DNA of 63,484 nucleotides, counting the filler, from Reticulomyxa filosa (taxonomy: Eukaryota; Protista; Foraminifera): the NCBI GenBank assembly GCA_000512085.1. It is 19 parts of 19 records of this genome, joined end to end, with 100 filler letters (N's around TTAATTAATTAA, not from the genome) between each part and the next. Parts side by side here need not be neighbours in the genome. Positions count along the whole stretch, not along the records: positions 50,799 to 54,719 come from ASPP01021302.1; positions 54,820 to 60,942 come from ASPP01002768.1; positions 61,043 to 62,042 come from ASPP01049873.1; positions 62,143 to 63,484 come from ASPP01036254.1; 15 more parts are not named here. One strand, 5' to 3'. Shown piece after piece: positions 52,260 to 63,484 of the stretch. Numbering within the stretch: position 1 is the first letter of the stretch; each line of letters starts with the position of its first letter. The translations under genes were made by a program, and so were the position numbers. The notes under the pieces are model-generated. The model was not told the origin of the DNA and made no database searches. It saw only the letters and a program-made list of their open reading frames with translations.

Positions 52260-54617
52260 TTATGTTAATTGTGACACATATTTACGATAACCGATCCCAT
52301 GGATATTGACTGAATATGGAATAACAGAGAGTCTTTGAAATGGCACCTCATTTGTGTCTGATTTCCATTGTTTCAGTTGCTCCAATACTTTGTAAATTTG
52401 ATTATTTTGTTTTGTATTTTCAGTAAGCACAAGCATAGCAACTCCACCACCCATGGCGCCAGTAAACATGCCTCCATGGATGATACCATTCTTGACGAGG
52501 GGATCAAATAGCCTCCGCAAGACTTTGCCATCTTTGGGATTATCAAAGATGGATTGTGTTGCACCAGGGTCAATTTTTTCCCGGCAAGACATATAATCCA
52601 AGAAAAGCTTGCCAAGATAAATATAATTATTAAAGTGTAAAGCTTTGATGAGTTCGTGGTGAATTCCATAAGATTGCAAAATGGGTTTAAACCGATGAGG
52701 TTGTCGCGACAGATATGCCCAAAACCTCATATTCAAACCCCGATGCAATCCAAGGCTAGACGCACGTGCAATTCCAGAGTTGACCAAGAGCAAGTTCTTG
52801 GACAATTGGTCGAGTTTGAAACTCGAAGAGAAGTAAGAAATATCTGGAACTTGAAAATCAGTCCGCGATTGATAATGAAGAATTTTGAGGCCATTGGGCA
52901 ATAGTCCATCAACATCTTGTCTTTGTTACCCCACCCAATATTTATCACAAAAAAAAAAATAATAATGTAACATATACATATACATATACATACATAAATA
53001 TATATATGTAATATGTTATATTATTATTACCTTCCCGATTTTAATCCTAATTTATTTTCAAATAACAAGGCCATGGATCCAAGCAAAATATTGTCATTTG
53101 CGATATGAGCGACTCCGGCACACGTATACAAAACCTTGAGCAGATTGCATGCAACAGCGGAGGAACTCGCGAACCCCGAGCGCGAAGGGCCCAAGTTGAC
53201 CAACTCCAAACCCAAGCCATGACTCCCTTCTCCTCCTCCGATGAAGGAGGTGATATCATCGGTGAGGATACGTTTAGCCTGAGCTGGAGTGTGCACGTGC
53301 ACAATGCCGACAAACACTAGTGCATATTTGAGCATTCGAAACACATCATTGGGGTCTTCAAATTGCAAAAACGAATCAATGTTGGAGTCATCGAACACGA
53401 TTTCGTCCGTTTGCACATTCCCATTCATTGTGTGCGTGGTTTTCAGAACGATGCACAGGCGATTGGGAACAACATACGTTTTGGCCGACACTGGGGGCGT
53501 GTCTATTATCGAGTCCAAGTTGATACACATATTGATCGAAAGTCCTCCTCGCAGCTTCGAATTGGTCCAATTATCGGAGGCATTTGCACTGGAGATACTC
53601 ACTCGCATTCCAGAACTGGTTTCATGCGTGTATTGAGGATATTGATAAGACAGAGTCGCCAGTGGTCGAGAAGACGATGAAGAGTCATGTCCTTGCACAT
53701 GTGCATCTGACGCACTTGTCGGACGGTATCTCTCCAACAAAAGTTTGGCGCAATGGTCGAAATCCCTTAGTTCACGCTCGTTTGCGATTTTCAAAAAGGG
53801 TTCCACAAACTCGATATATTCCATCCACCAGTCAATCTTGGACGACGATGAGGAGGATGAGGAGGATGAAGATAAAGATAATGCTGATGACGACGCATTC
53901 TCTTTGTGTTCATTTAATTGCGGTTGTTGATCTTTCAAACGCGTCATCTCTTTCACCAGCAAATTGATATATCTCGATTCATGGGACAAAGAGCGGACCC
54001 ATGACAAGATATCCAATCCACCCATCCATTTTCTATAATTCAAGTTATCATATATACATATACATATACATATACATATACTTATACACATATACATATA
54101 CATATACATATATATGCATATATGTATATGTAAAGCTTAATGTTTGACTCAAAACTGAAAAGAATGTGGAAAACGAGTGGAAAAAGTCCAAATGACATCA
54201 GCCAAAATTAGGATGGCACGCTCTTGCTTCAAGAAGAGATGGGGGTCATGATCGATATCACCGCTATTGTTGTTACCGTCATCGTCGTCGTTGTTGTTGC
54301 CAGCAGTGACGACATGTGTGACTGCGTGCTGCTTTTGGATATACTGCGTCAACTGTTGAATGCACGCGGCAAAGTGACAGTCTTGCATGCACTTGGAATC
54401 CAAGAGGAATTGGTGGCATTCGTCCAGGTCCTGCACGATCAGTCGCATTAGCGTCTTCTCCGCGTCGAGGCCTTTTTCGAGACATGCATTGTTGTCCACA
54501 TGCTCTATTGGCAACACATCAATCACCACACATTCCATGTCCCCTTCTCTCCACGCGTGGCTCATGCCTAACATGTCCACGTAAGCCAATTTGATATTCA
54601 CATCGAAATCTTGTTGC
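52260..54617 (-). CDS. Large GHMP-superfamily sugar kinase (fucokinase/HddA-like), 5' partial, 3 visible exons
   Basis: GPSRSGFASSSAVA (PxxxGLxSSAA ATP loop), LFENKLGLKSGR|QDVDG (GxQD motif across an intron) and GGMFTGAMGGG (GAGGGG loop). Confidence 0.8.
54050..54130. repeat. Intronic (TATACA)n / (TA)n microsatellite
   Basis: Tandem tacata units. Similar tracts lie in introns near 27320, 35630, 43600, 52970, 58920 and 62480. Confidence 0.85.
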
Positions 54618-54819
54618 TATGCAATTACAATTGCAATTGCAATTGTTTTACATTTACAATATATGCATTTTCGATAGCATACAATTTTTTCCCTCCCCTT
54701 TTTTTTTTTTTTTTTTTTTNNNNNNNNNNNNNNNNNNNNNNNNNNNNNNNNNNNNNNNNNNNNTTAATTAATTAANNNNNNNNNNNNNNNNNNNNNNNNN
54801 NNNNNNNNNNNNNNNNNNN

Positions 54820-54901
54820 CTAAATGTTGATTTTTCATTGAGAAAATCAATTATCATCATAAGATATGTTTTAGGCGTTCAGTTTTCTTTGCAACCTACT
54901 G
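54820..54901 (-). mobile_element. Tc1/mariner-like TIR, cut by contig start
   Basis: Reverse complement of 60743-60825 with about 2 differences. Ends ...GCAACCTACTG|TA. Confidence 0.8.
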
Positions 54902-55899
54902 TATATATTCATTTACATATTTCAAGATTTGAATTTTGTTTTTGTATTATCAGTTTCTTTTGGGGTAATTACTTTATCCAAATAAGTATATGCATACGCA
55001 AGTTCTTTTCTAAGCCTCCACGTATATATATGCATATATTATATAAATTATAAACTGTATTGAAAAGGATGTTGACTCTTTTAGGCTTATCCATGATTTG
55101 TTTCAGTTAACTTTTCTAATTTGATGCAATAAAGTAACATTGGTCTTGTGCAAAACATGAGTAGTGGCATCTTACCTTCTCTCAATTCATTCGAAAAAGA
55201 GTGTGTAAATTTAGCAATCTGAATGCCACAGAAGATACTTAAAAAGATTTGTTTAATAGAATATTTCTTTCTGCAATAAAGAGGACATCATTTTCTTTTT
55301 TAAAGTAGTTAAGATAAGATTTGATCAATATTGACCACACCAAAAAATAAATCTCGATTCAAAGTCATTCTAACTTTAATAAATTCGATAAGTGAAAAAG
55401 TTTTGGTTTCCCCTTGTGCAGACATGGCTAAAGCAAAAATTAAAAGAGCCTTACAATGCAGAACTTGTCGTAAATGCAAAGAATGTATTGCACAGTAGTC
55501 TGCAAAAAAACCGTACAAAAAAAAGAGCTTTTTTAGTATTTGACTTGTATATCTTTATTGAAAAGAGATCAAGTAAAAATAATTTTGTAGATATTTATTT
55601 TCTTCTTTTAATTATGAGAATATATAATCAACATGTCAAGTTAGTTTAAATAAAGCAAAATCATAAGTAATGTAAAGTATTCAAAAGATAAAGAACATAA
55701 GCTTTATCCATTTTAGTATTTAAATCTTGAATAAAAAAAGTCATTGAACAAAAGGACTAAAAAAAATGGAAATAAATTCCAAATAAACAAAAAACTTGTG
55801 ATAATCAGTGTAACACTTTTTTGTGATAGCTTCACCAAAGTGCAAACTCATGAAAAAAGAATAACAATTGATTTTATTTATATCTAAAGAAAGAGATTG

Positions 55900-56110
55900 C
55901 GTTAATACACATTTACTTTCATATCCATTGAATGATCGGATTTGTTTGTTGTTAAAATCTCATACACAAACTGTTTTATCGGATGGTCCAGAACGAATGA
56001 ATTGATCACCATCAAGTGTTGAAAAATCAATACTTCATACAATATTGATATGTCCAGTGAATTTATTAAGTAATTTGGACGATGAACGAAACAAATCAAA
56101 AAGCGATAAC
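55900..56110 (-). pseudogene. WD40 family remnant
   Basis: FRSSKLLNKFTGHINIV*SIDFSTLDGDQFIRSGPSDKTVC is a decayed paralog of the gene at 1-1160. Confidence 0.7.
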
Positions 56111-56589
56111 TGATTATGACAAAGTAAAAGACTGATTAATTCTTCCTTTTTTTTTTTCATTTTTTTTTTGTGCTAATAATTTAATTTTTGAATGAATTGT
56201 TCTTAATCTTGAGTTAATTTGGCATTCTTCTATTCCAATGATTTAACAATTTTTCGTGATTAGATAAGATTTTTTTTCTTTATCAATGAAATCTTTTTTA
56301 ATCAATATCTGCACTATATTTGAGTAATTCTTTTGAGAACCTCTTTCCATTTTCTTGATTCGATTATTTTTCAATTTGATTTTTTGTTTTGACAGGCATT
56401 GAACACTGTTATGAATAGTTGAAATAAAAAGTAATGATAATACAATTGATTGAATTGGGACACTTTAATTTTTTATGTTTTGATTCTATTCATCAAATTT
56501 AATTTGATATGAAAAATTGTCCAATGAGACCCTCTTATTCAATGCTCTCTGTGTAAGGTCAGTTGTAATAATCAAGAAACTGGAATTAT

Positions 56590-56725
56590 TATGAAAAATG
56601 AGAAGAATAACAAGCTCTTTTATACAAACCTCACAAATGAGGAATTCGTGTTTGTGTAGCACACATTGAGAATCTCTTAGTGTGGTGGGCAACTCCTCCA
56701 AAGTTTGAAAGGTTTGGTTGCTCAT
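56590..56725 (-). pseudogene. Kelch-like family N-terminal remnant
   Basis: MSNQTFQTLEELPTTLRDSQCVLHKHEFLICE resembles a Kelch blade (LP.P...S.CV.....LICGG); the frame is lost after it. Confidence 0.55.
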
Positions 56726-57974
56726 GTTAATGTTGAGAAACTATGAAGTAGTTTAAATTTTTAAAAAGGGAAACGGCTACTTGTTAAATATATTCTTGAG
56801 ACAGCATTTAGATATTCCTTGTTATCTTGTATCCTTTTTCCGAAAACAAAGAAAATCAATTGTTTGACTTTACAAAGGAAAAAATCTATTGAGTGAGATT
56901 TTAACAAAAACATTTTGATTGTTCCATATTTCGATAATCGTGCAAAAAGAAAAAACGACTTGTTTTCACTTTTTCATAAAAAAAAAGCAAAATACTAAAT
57001 TTTTCATATTTCTAATCATCATAGAATAAAAGTGACATATTCGGAAACTAAACATTTTTTAAAATGTTGATTTTCATTAGAATATTGATATAAGCAATGA
57101 AAAAAAATTCAACAAAGAAATCAAATTTTAAAATTTGCTCCTTTCAGATATATAGCAGGATTTACGACTGAAAGTAGAGGGTCTGCTTCAGCATGATGCT
57201 CTACAAGTACAGTACATTCATCTTTTCTTCCAATTATGAGCTCTGTTTTACAGCCATTTTGAAATGATTAATCGCAAATCGTATTTCAGCCATATTTTTC
57301 TCTTTAAAGAATTTCTTATTTCCTGAAGCTTCATTCCATATTTAACATATTCCAAATGATAAACAACATAAAATAAAAGAACAATCAAGGAAAAATTGTA
57401 CTTTTTGTCATCATAATAATATAGACCTTTCTTGAATTCTTATATTTTCTCACAAACACACATTCCAAATTTCAATTTTATCTTTTTGTCCCTGTTGAAT
57501 GCTATATCTTGTGTTACTTTCAAGTTTTTTTTCCAATGTTTTTTTTGTTTACTCAGATTCTACGTTATCCAAATAAGGCCATAAATGATGTCTAAATTGT
57601 ATCACAAAGATAGATTTAAAACTTTCTTTGATTTTTTGTGTTTATTAATTTTATAGTCTTACTTTGAAATTCTTGTAATTTATTTATTGTTAAAATCAAG
57701 ACATTATTGGCAACATGAAAAACCCTTTGAAATATTACCTCCTTTGCCAATTCTATTTCAAAATCCTTAATATGTGGTTAAAAGCAAAATGTTCATTTGT
57801 GGACTTATTTAAAAAATGAGAACAAATTAATCTGTTCTTATCCACATAGTGTCATTTTGTCAATAAATTGTACTTTTGTTATTTTAGGATCAAAAAGACG
57901 TATTAAGCCACAAATTTTTTTGACAATCGAATATACTCACTCAACTTTGTATTTTTAAAAACATTTTGTTTGTG

Positions 57975-59082
57975 TTATCGTCTCCATATTGCAATTTTCC
58001 CTTGATAACTATGTGCCATAATCATATTACCATCTGATGAAATATTAATTTTATTGAAAAAATAAAATGAACCAAAAATTTCTAGTCTCTGTATTTTTTG
58101 TCTTGATTTTACATCCCACATTTCAATTGTGCGTTCATTAAACAAAAACGCAATAGTTTGTCCACTTGGGAAAAATTTAAAATCAGCCACATCAAGGTAA
58201 TCCTCAAATATTTTCTCTTTTTTTCCTAATTCTATATTCCATATTTGAGCTTCACTAGATATGATAGCTCTATTATATAAACTGAACACAATATATCTGC
58301 CATCTGGAGATAATGTTGCACATTGTATATCGTATGTATTCTCGCATAGCTCTTTCATTTGACCAGATTGTATATCCCATAAACAAAGCTTGTTTCTAAG
58401 TGTGAATAAGATCGTTTGACCATCAAGTGAAAATTGTGCACTAAGTAAATTATGTGAAGATACCACAACTGTTTTAATGTTCTCTCCAGAATTTACATCA
58501 CACAAAGATATTCGATCGGCTGAAGCTGTCACAATATATTTACTATCTGGAGAAAATTGAACTATCACCACTCCATAAAAATGTGCTCCAAATCGCCTCA
58601 ATTCTTGTCCTGATTTTACATCTGACAATCGAATTGTCCCAGCTGAATACAATGCAATAATATTTCCATCTGGTGACAATTCTTTACAATCTTTCAAAGT
58701 GTTACAAATTTTGAAAATTTGAATTTTTTTTCCTGATGCAATATCCCATATTTCGACTATACCATCACGCGTTACTAAAAACATCTTGTGATTATCTGTT
58801 GAAAATTGTACCTTTTCTATTAGTACTGAGGGATCCTTTGGAAAAACTTTAAATAGCTTGAAGCTTTTGGCCTTTGTGAAATATTTACAATAATTTTACT
58901 TGAATGTGAACAAAAAGAATATATATATATATGTATATATATGTATATATATATATATATAACAATTACAAAATAATTTAACATATTTTGCGATAATTTT
59001 ATTGAATTCATTGATCCATCCCTGTCTAATTGTCGACAACTGAATCCAATTTTGTAATATTAAATTTATCTCTTGTGTTGTC
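57975..59082 (-). CDS. Divergent WD40-repeat protein, expanded family
   Basis: 269-aa ORF of FSPDG..WD repeats that extends upstream in frame. Exon EINLILQNWIQLSTIRQGWINEFNKIIAKY. The first exon ends in TAA at the splice donor, so this may be a pseudogene. Confidence 0.8.
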
Positions 59083-59121
59083 TATTTTATATTTTATTGT
59101 TGCTTATGAAAAGATACTTAC

Positions 59122-59652
59122 TTATTTGTTTATCTGATTTACCGAATATAATGACTTTTGATCACAACCCATCATATTTTGATCGCATTGCATATCACTT
59201 TGTCTGCAGGATATATTATCGCCACGTCTAGACTTGCCAGAATGATAATTCCTGTATCGATTGCTTCTTTTATATTTGTAAGTGTTTATGTAAGGTATAT
59301 TACGCTGATAATCACGTCTTTGCTCTTGATTAAAATTGTTTCCATTGCGATTTCTGTTATACTGCTTGAAATTATTATTTGACCATTTCTTATTATTGTG
59401 GAAATTCGAAACGTGTTGATACGTATCAAACGCCTTTTGATAAGCAGGCCTATTTCTGCTTCTTGTTCTTTGTTGATATCTTTGATTCGTGTTGAGGGTA
59501 CTTGCACTTTTAAACTCAAATGGACGATATCTTCTTCCATTTTCATTCAAGTCGTTTTCTTGATCGTCGTATTTCAGATAATCTGGTCTTCTTTGATTGC
59601 CATGTTTTGATTCATTAAAACTGCCGAAATTCCTTGCTCTCCAACTGGTCAT
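59122..59652 (-). CDS. Asn/Gln/Arg/Tyr-rich low-complexity ORF
   Basis: 176-aa ORF with no recognised domain. It ends exactly at a GTAAGT donor of the neighbouring WD40 gene. Confidence 0.4.
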   Translation of the reverse strand: MTSWRARNFGSFNESKHGNQRRPDYLKYDDQENDLNENGRRYRPFEFKSASTLNTNQRYQQRTRSRNRPAYQKAFDTYQHVSNFHNNKKWSNNNFKQYNRNRNGNNFNQEQRRDYQRNIPYINTYKYKRSNRYRNYHSGKSRRGDNISCRQSDMQCDQNMMGCDQKSLYSVNQINK

Positions 59653-60742
59653 TTGTAAGATCGTGGATGAATTGTCACCACTATTCCAAAAGATTATGTG
59701 ATTTGATTTTTTTTTTAATCTTGTGTCCCCTTTCTACTTTTTTTATCCAGTATTCCTTTAATATTTAACACACAAGTTTAAAGTTAAGCTATTCTTCAAT
59801 TGCAATGAATAAAGAAATAATAAACAAAATAGAAGTTTTGACCTGGATAGAAGTTCCGTTTTAAACCTTACATCATTTTCATCACCAGCATCTAAGAGAA
59901 CCCAAGAAGTTGAAAGAATGGCACAATCATCAGTGGTAAGTTTCATTTTAATTTATCTTTTAGAAAACTGGCTGTCTTTAAAATCTCACTTCACTTAATA
60001 AAATGCTAATAAAAATGTTTTTGAACTTATCATCAAGATAAACATACTAAGGGAAAAATCAACTGAAAATGGATTTTTGTTATAATAAAATTATCAATAA
60101 CAACATAAATATTTACAAAACAAAAAAATTCCAAAACAACAGTTTTCCAATGAAAGTTCAAAAGTTCTATCATACTGTTCAACAACAGAAATTTGAAACA
60201 AAGTTAGATTTTTGCGTTTTTCCAGATGCAACCCTTCAATGACAAACCAGTTCTTGTAAGTGAAAATCGCTTTCAGTTCTTTGAGCACAAAAGCAGACGT
60301 CTCAAAACTTGTCAAATGCATAGTTAAATTTCCATAAGTTAAACGCATTATTTGTGCAAAAGCTCATCTAGATCGATTACAATATAACTTGTTGAAATTT
60401 TGTGAATAACAATGAAAATGTGCGAAAATGTTGGAATAGTTTTTTATAGGAAGTGTATACGTTTCAAAAGCGTTTCGCTATTTTCTTTTTAGACTCGTGC
60501 ATAAAATTTTCATAATACCTTTTTTTTGGTGAAAGAAAACACGTATCATCTAATAAAGAGTTGCTTGCATATCTACAGCATTGTTTGTATTTCCTTTGGC
60601 AATATTTTGCATTTGCTGGAACATTGACAGATTAATGTTATATTTGACTAGAAATGAGCTATGCAGACAAGCCAATAAGATCACATGTATTGTGTATAGT
60701 ATTTATGAGCAAAGTTGTTGAGTGATAATTTTTTAAAGAATA

Positions 60743-60942
60743 CAGTAAGTTGCAAAGAAAACTGAACGCCTAAAACATATCTTATGATGATAATTGATTT
60801 TATCAATGAAAAATCAACATTTAGACCTAATTTTTTTTTATTTTAAAAAGAATATTTACAAGTCTTGTAGTTTTTAAATATGATATTGATTTTTTAATAA
60901 TTTTTTTTGTTGGATGAAATCAACATTCTTTCAAATGATTTT
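60743..60942 (+). mobile_element. Tc1/mariner-like element left end (TIR), cut by contig end
   Basis: TA|CAGTAAGTTGCAAAGAAAACTGAACGCCTAAAACATATCTTATGATGATAATTGATTTT..AAATCAACATTTAGACCTAA. Confidence 0.8.
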
Positions 60943-62142
60943 NNNNNNNNNNNNNNNNNNNNNNNNNNNNNNNNNNNNNNNNNNNNTTAATTAATTAANN
61001 NNNNNNNNNNNNNNNNNNNNNNNNNNNNNNNNNNNNNNNNNNTTCTTTCTTCAATAGTTAAAGGAACGCCACAATTTTGCTATGTTCATTGTATTTGAAA
61101 ACAAAAAAAACTTATGTCAAACAAATTTATAAGAATACGTACAAAGAAAAAAACGCTAAGTAGAGTTTGAAACAAAAATGATTAAAACATTTGAATCATA
61201 AATTTCATAATCTAATATAAATTGTTTTATATAATTTTATGATAAAGTTTTTATACAAATTCAATCACATTTTCTTTATTCATATCTGGAATGTGCCATC
61301 CAACTGCTTTAATCTGTTCTCACTTATTTTTAAATAACAAGTGATCATTTTCACTGTATTTCCAGATTTATTTGCCATTTGTGATTGTTTGTGCTGCAAA
61401 CAAACATTTTCCTTTTTTAGGAATATCTTTCACTTGGTAGTTCACCAATACTTCTTAGAGTTTCAGTACGAGTGGTCTAAATTGAAGTGATAAAAACACA
61501 TTATAGATTTTTGGTTTTCTTTCGTTTTTGACCCTTTTTTTTGGGGTTGTTTTTCGTAATAGTTTTATGTGTTCTTAACATGTCGTGGAGAAACTTACAA
61601 ATCTTGCACAAAAATTTTAATCGACTATTATAAATTTTGCTAAAAAAGAAATTTCGTTAATGAAAAGATTTTCTCAAAAGCTTTGTACACAATTTCAGAA
61701 GAAATTTTTTTGTTGAACATTTGCCTCTGCAAAAACTCTTAGCCTTTTTTTTCTCCAATTTCAAAAGCAACGAATTACTTTCTTGCTGAAGATGACTCTC
61801 GTATCCAGGTTTATGTTCGTATGAGCAAACATGTAGAGAACACGAAAACGACAAGCAAAGACAAAAAGAATAAATTAACATTCGAGAAAAAATGGAAAAG
61901 TAGAAAAAATTGAGTTTCTTTTGTATTGTATTTACTTTTTGAATAGTTATATTGCAAGTAGTTTATGATTTAATTTATTGAAACAGTATTGAATGTCGAT
62001 TTATTCATATTAAATAGCAGTCTCATTGTAATCAAATGTAAGNNNNNNNNNNNNNNNNNNNNNNNNNNNNNNNNNNNNNNNNNNNNTTAATTAATTAANN
62101 NNNNNNNNNNNNNNNNNNNNNNNNNNNNNNNNNNNNNNNNNN

Positions 62143-62781
62143 ACTGCAACTGCAACTGCAACTGCAACTGCAAATGTAAATAGCACAAAAAATATATCAA
62201 ACAAATGGGAGCTAATTCACACGAAAAAAATCCCGAAAGAATGGTCTTATATCGATTGGACGCTGTCTCCTGAACAAGTGTTTAATCGCTTTCGGGCGAC
62301 ATATGGCACTTGCAAAAATATTCGGTCTGTCACCGTCCCGTCCAACGCACTCAAGTCGATCCATGTCATTATTGAACAATTTGTCGCGCCCGAAGACGCA
62401 CAGCCTATTCAACCTTTTCAAGGTAATTTTTTGCTTGTTTGCTTTGATAATATGATTGTATGCGCATAATTTTATATTATATACATATATATATGTATAT
62501 GTATATATGTATATATATAAATATATTGCTAATTTATTTTTGATCGGTTTGCCAAAGGTAAATGCGGGACGATGAATTATTGCCACAAACAAAATGTCCT
62601 TTTTGTCAAATGCGGAACGAAAGATGATCTGGGGAGAGAATATATTGGGATACAACAATTAAGGGTTGCACCCCAGAAACAATCCAAACCTTTGGTTTTA
62701 TTTGCTGAACTCCTCAAACAATGCGACCAATTTTTACCTAATCACGATGCCGTTGAATACTCTCTTTTAACACCAATTTAA
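62143..62781 (+). CDS. Methionyl-tRNA formyltransferase (probably mitochondrial), C-terminal domain
   Basis: HTKKIPKEWSYIDWTLSPEQVFNRFRA matches the FMT motif YA.KI.KE...IDW..A..I.N.IRA, followed by GT..Y...LFVKCG...IGIQQL. Intron at about 62423-62557. Confidence 0.7.
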
Positions 62782-63484
62782 AAATTCATTAACACAGCCA
62801 TTGACTTTATCTCCTCTTGTCATTTTTTTTCACAACTCAGCAATTATGTTATCATTAAAAATTGAGTCTTATACCAATTATAGAATAATATATGATCCCT
62901 GAGATGGACAATTTTTGTTGCACTCACGTCATAACATAAACAAATTTCGAAGATCCATTTGAGTCGAGTTGGAAGGAACATAACATTTACATACAAAGAT
63001 TTAAAAAAGTCGTGGTTTTTGAAGAAAAGAGGTCCAAGGTTCCACTTCTATCTTTATTATGGGCTTTGCCCAACAACAGCGAAAAACTACTTTTGAATAT
63101 TTTTTTCAAATCCTCGTACATTATAACAGACAACATCATTTCCAACAAAGAAATCAGTAATTCATTTTTAAAAATAATTTAAACATGTGCAAAACAAATC
63201 TAAAAATAAAATAGATAAAGCATTTTTTTTATTTTTGAGATGATATGTTTATATGCCGTCTTGCGTCTTTAAAAAACAAACTTCACATATACAATACATT
63301 TAAGAATTACTTTCACTATGCTACTTCGACACTTCTCACTGAGTTTTTCTGGCTTAAGAGAGGGTACTTTATTAATACTGGGCACTAAAACGAATATGCG
63401 CAAACAAAACAAACAACAAGATAATATTCAGCTTCAGCATCTTACAAATTACACACCTGATGAACTTTATCCTGTCAGTTCTCT

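Noticed and set aside
54820-60825. A single 6-kb transposon bounded by inverted repeats and carrying WD40 cargo
   Set aside because: The TA|CAGT termini face outward, so these are ends of two separate flanking elements.

Overview
This is AT-rich eukaryotic DNA, not a prokaryotic locus. It consists of 19 contig pieces joined by 18 artificial 100-bp linkers (44N-TTAATTAATTAA-44N), so gene neighbourhoods mean something only within a piece. The short spliceosomal introns, homopolymer and microsatellite tracts, and expanded WD40 family with an 'IIIxNWIR...LGWIxDFDKxVxxY' N-terminus most resemble the foraminiferan Reticulomyxa filosa; this is my recollection and was not searched. Recognisable genes: a G-protein gamma subunit, serine palmitoyltransferase LCB1, a Tudor-like/SAM/RING E3 ligase, three WD40 genes, a divergent Rab7-like GTPase with a GC-AG intron, PEX16, a GNAT acetyltransferase, a MATE transporter, an APH-1-like gamma-secretase subunit, an acyl-protein thioesterase, a large GHMP-type sugar kinase and Met-tRNA formyltransferase. 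Decayed copies (NACHT+caspase, PPR, DH-PH, Kelch, WD40) are common. Mobile DNA is Tc1/mariner-like: a DD34E transposase remnant, a 192-bp foldback MITE, and six related TIR copies, four of them at contig breaks. The most interesting signal is a degenerate NACHT-like NTPase joined to a caspase-type catalytic motif (PKIFIVDACRG) just upstream of a WD40 propeller gene. It hints at an NLR/apoptosome-like receptor-protease family in a protist, but this copy is broken.
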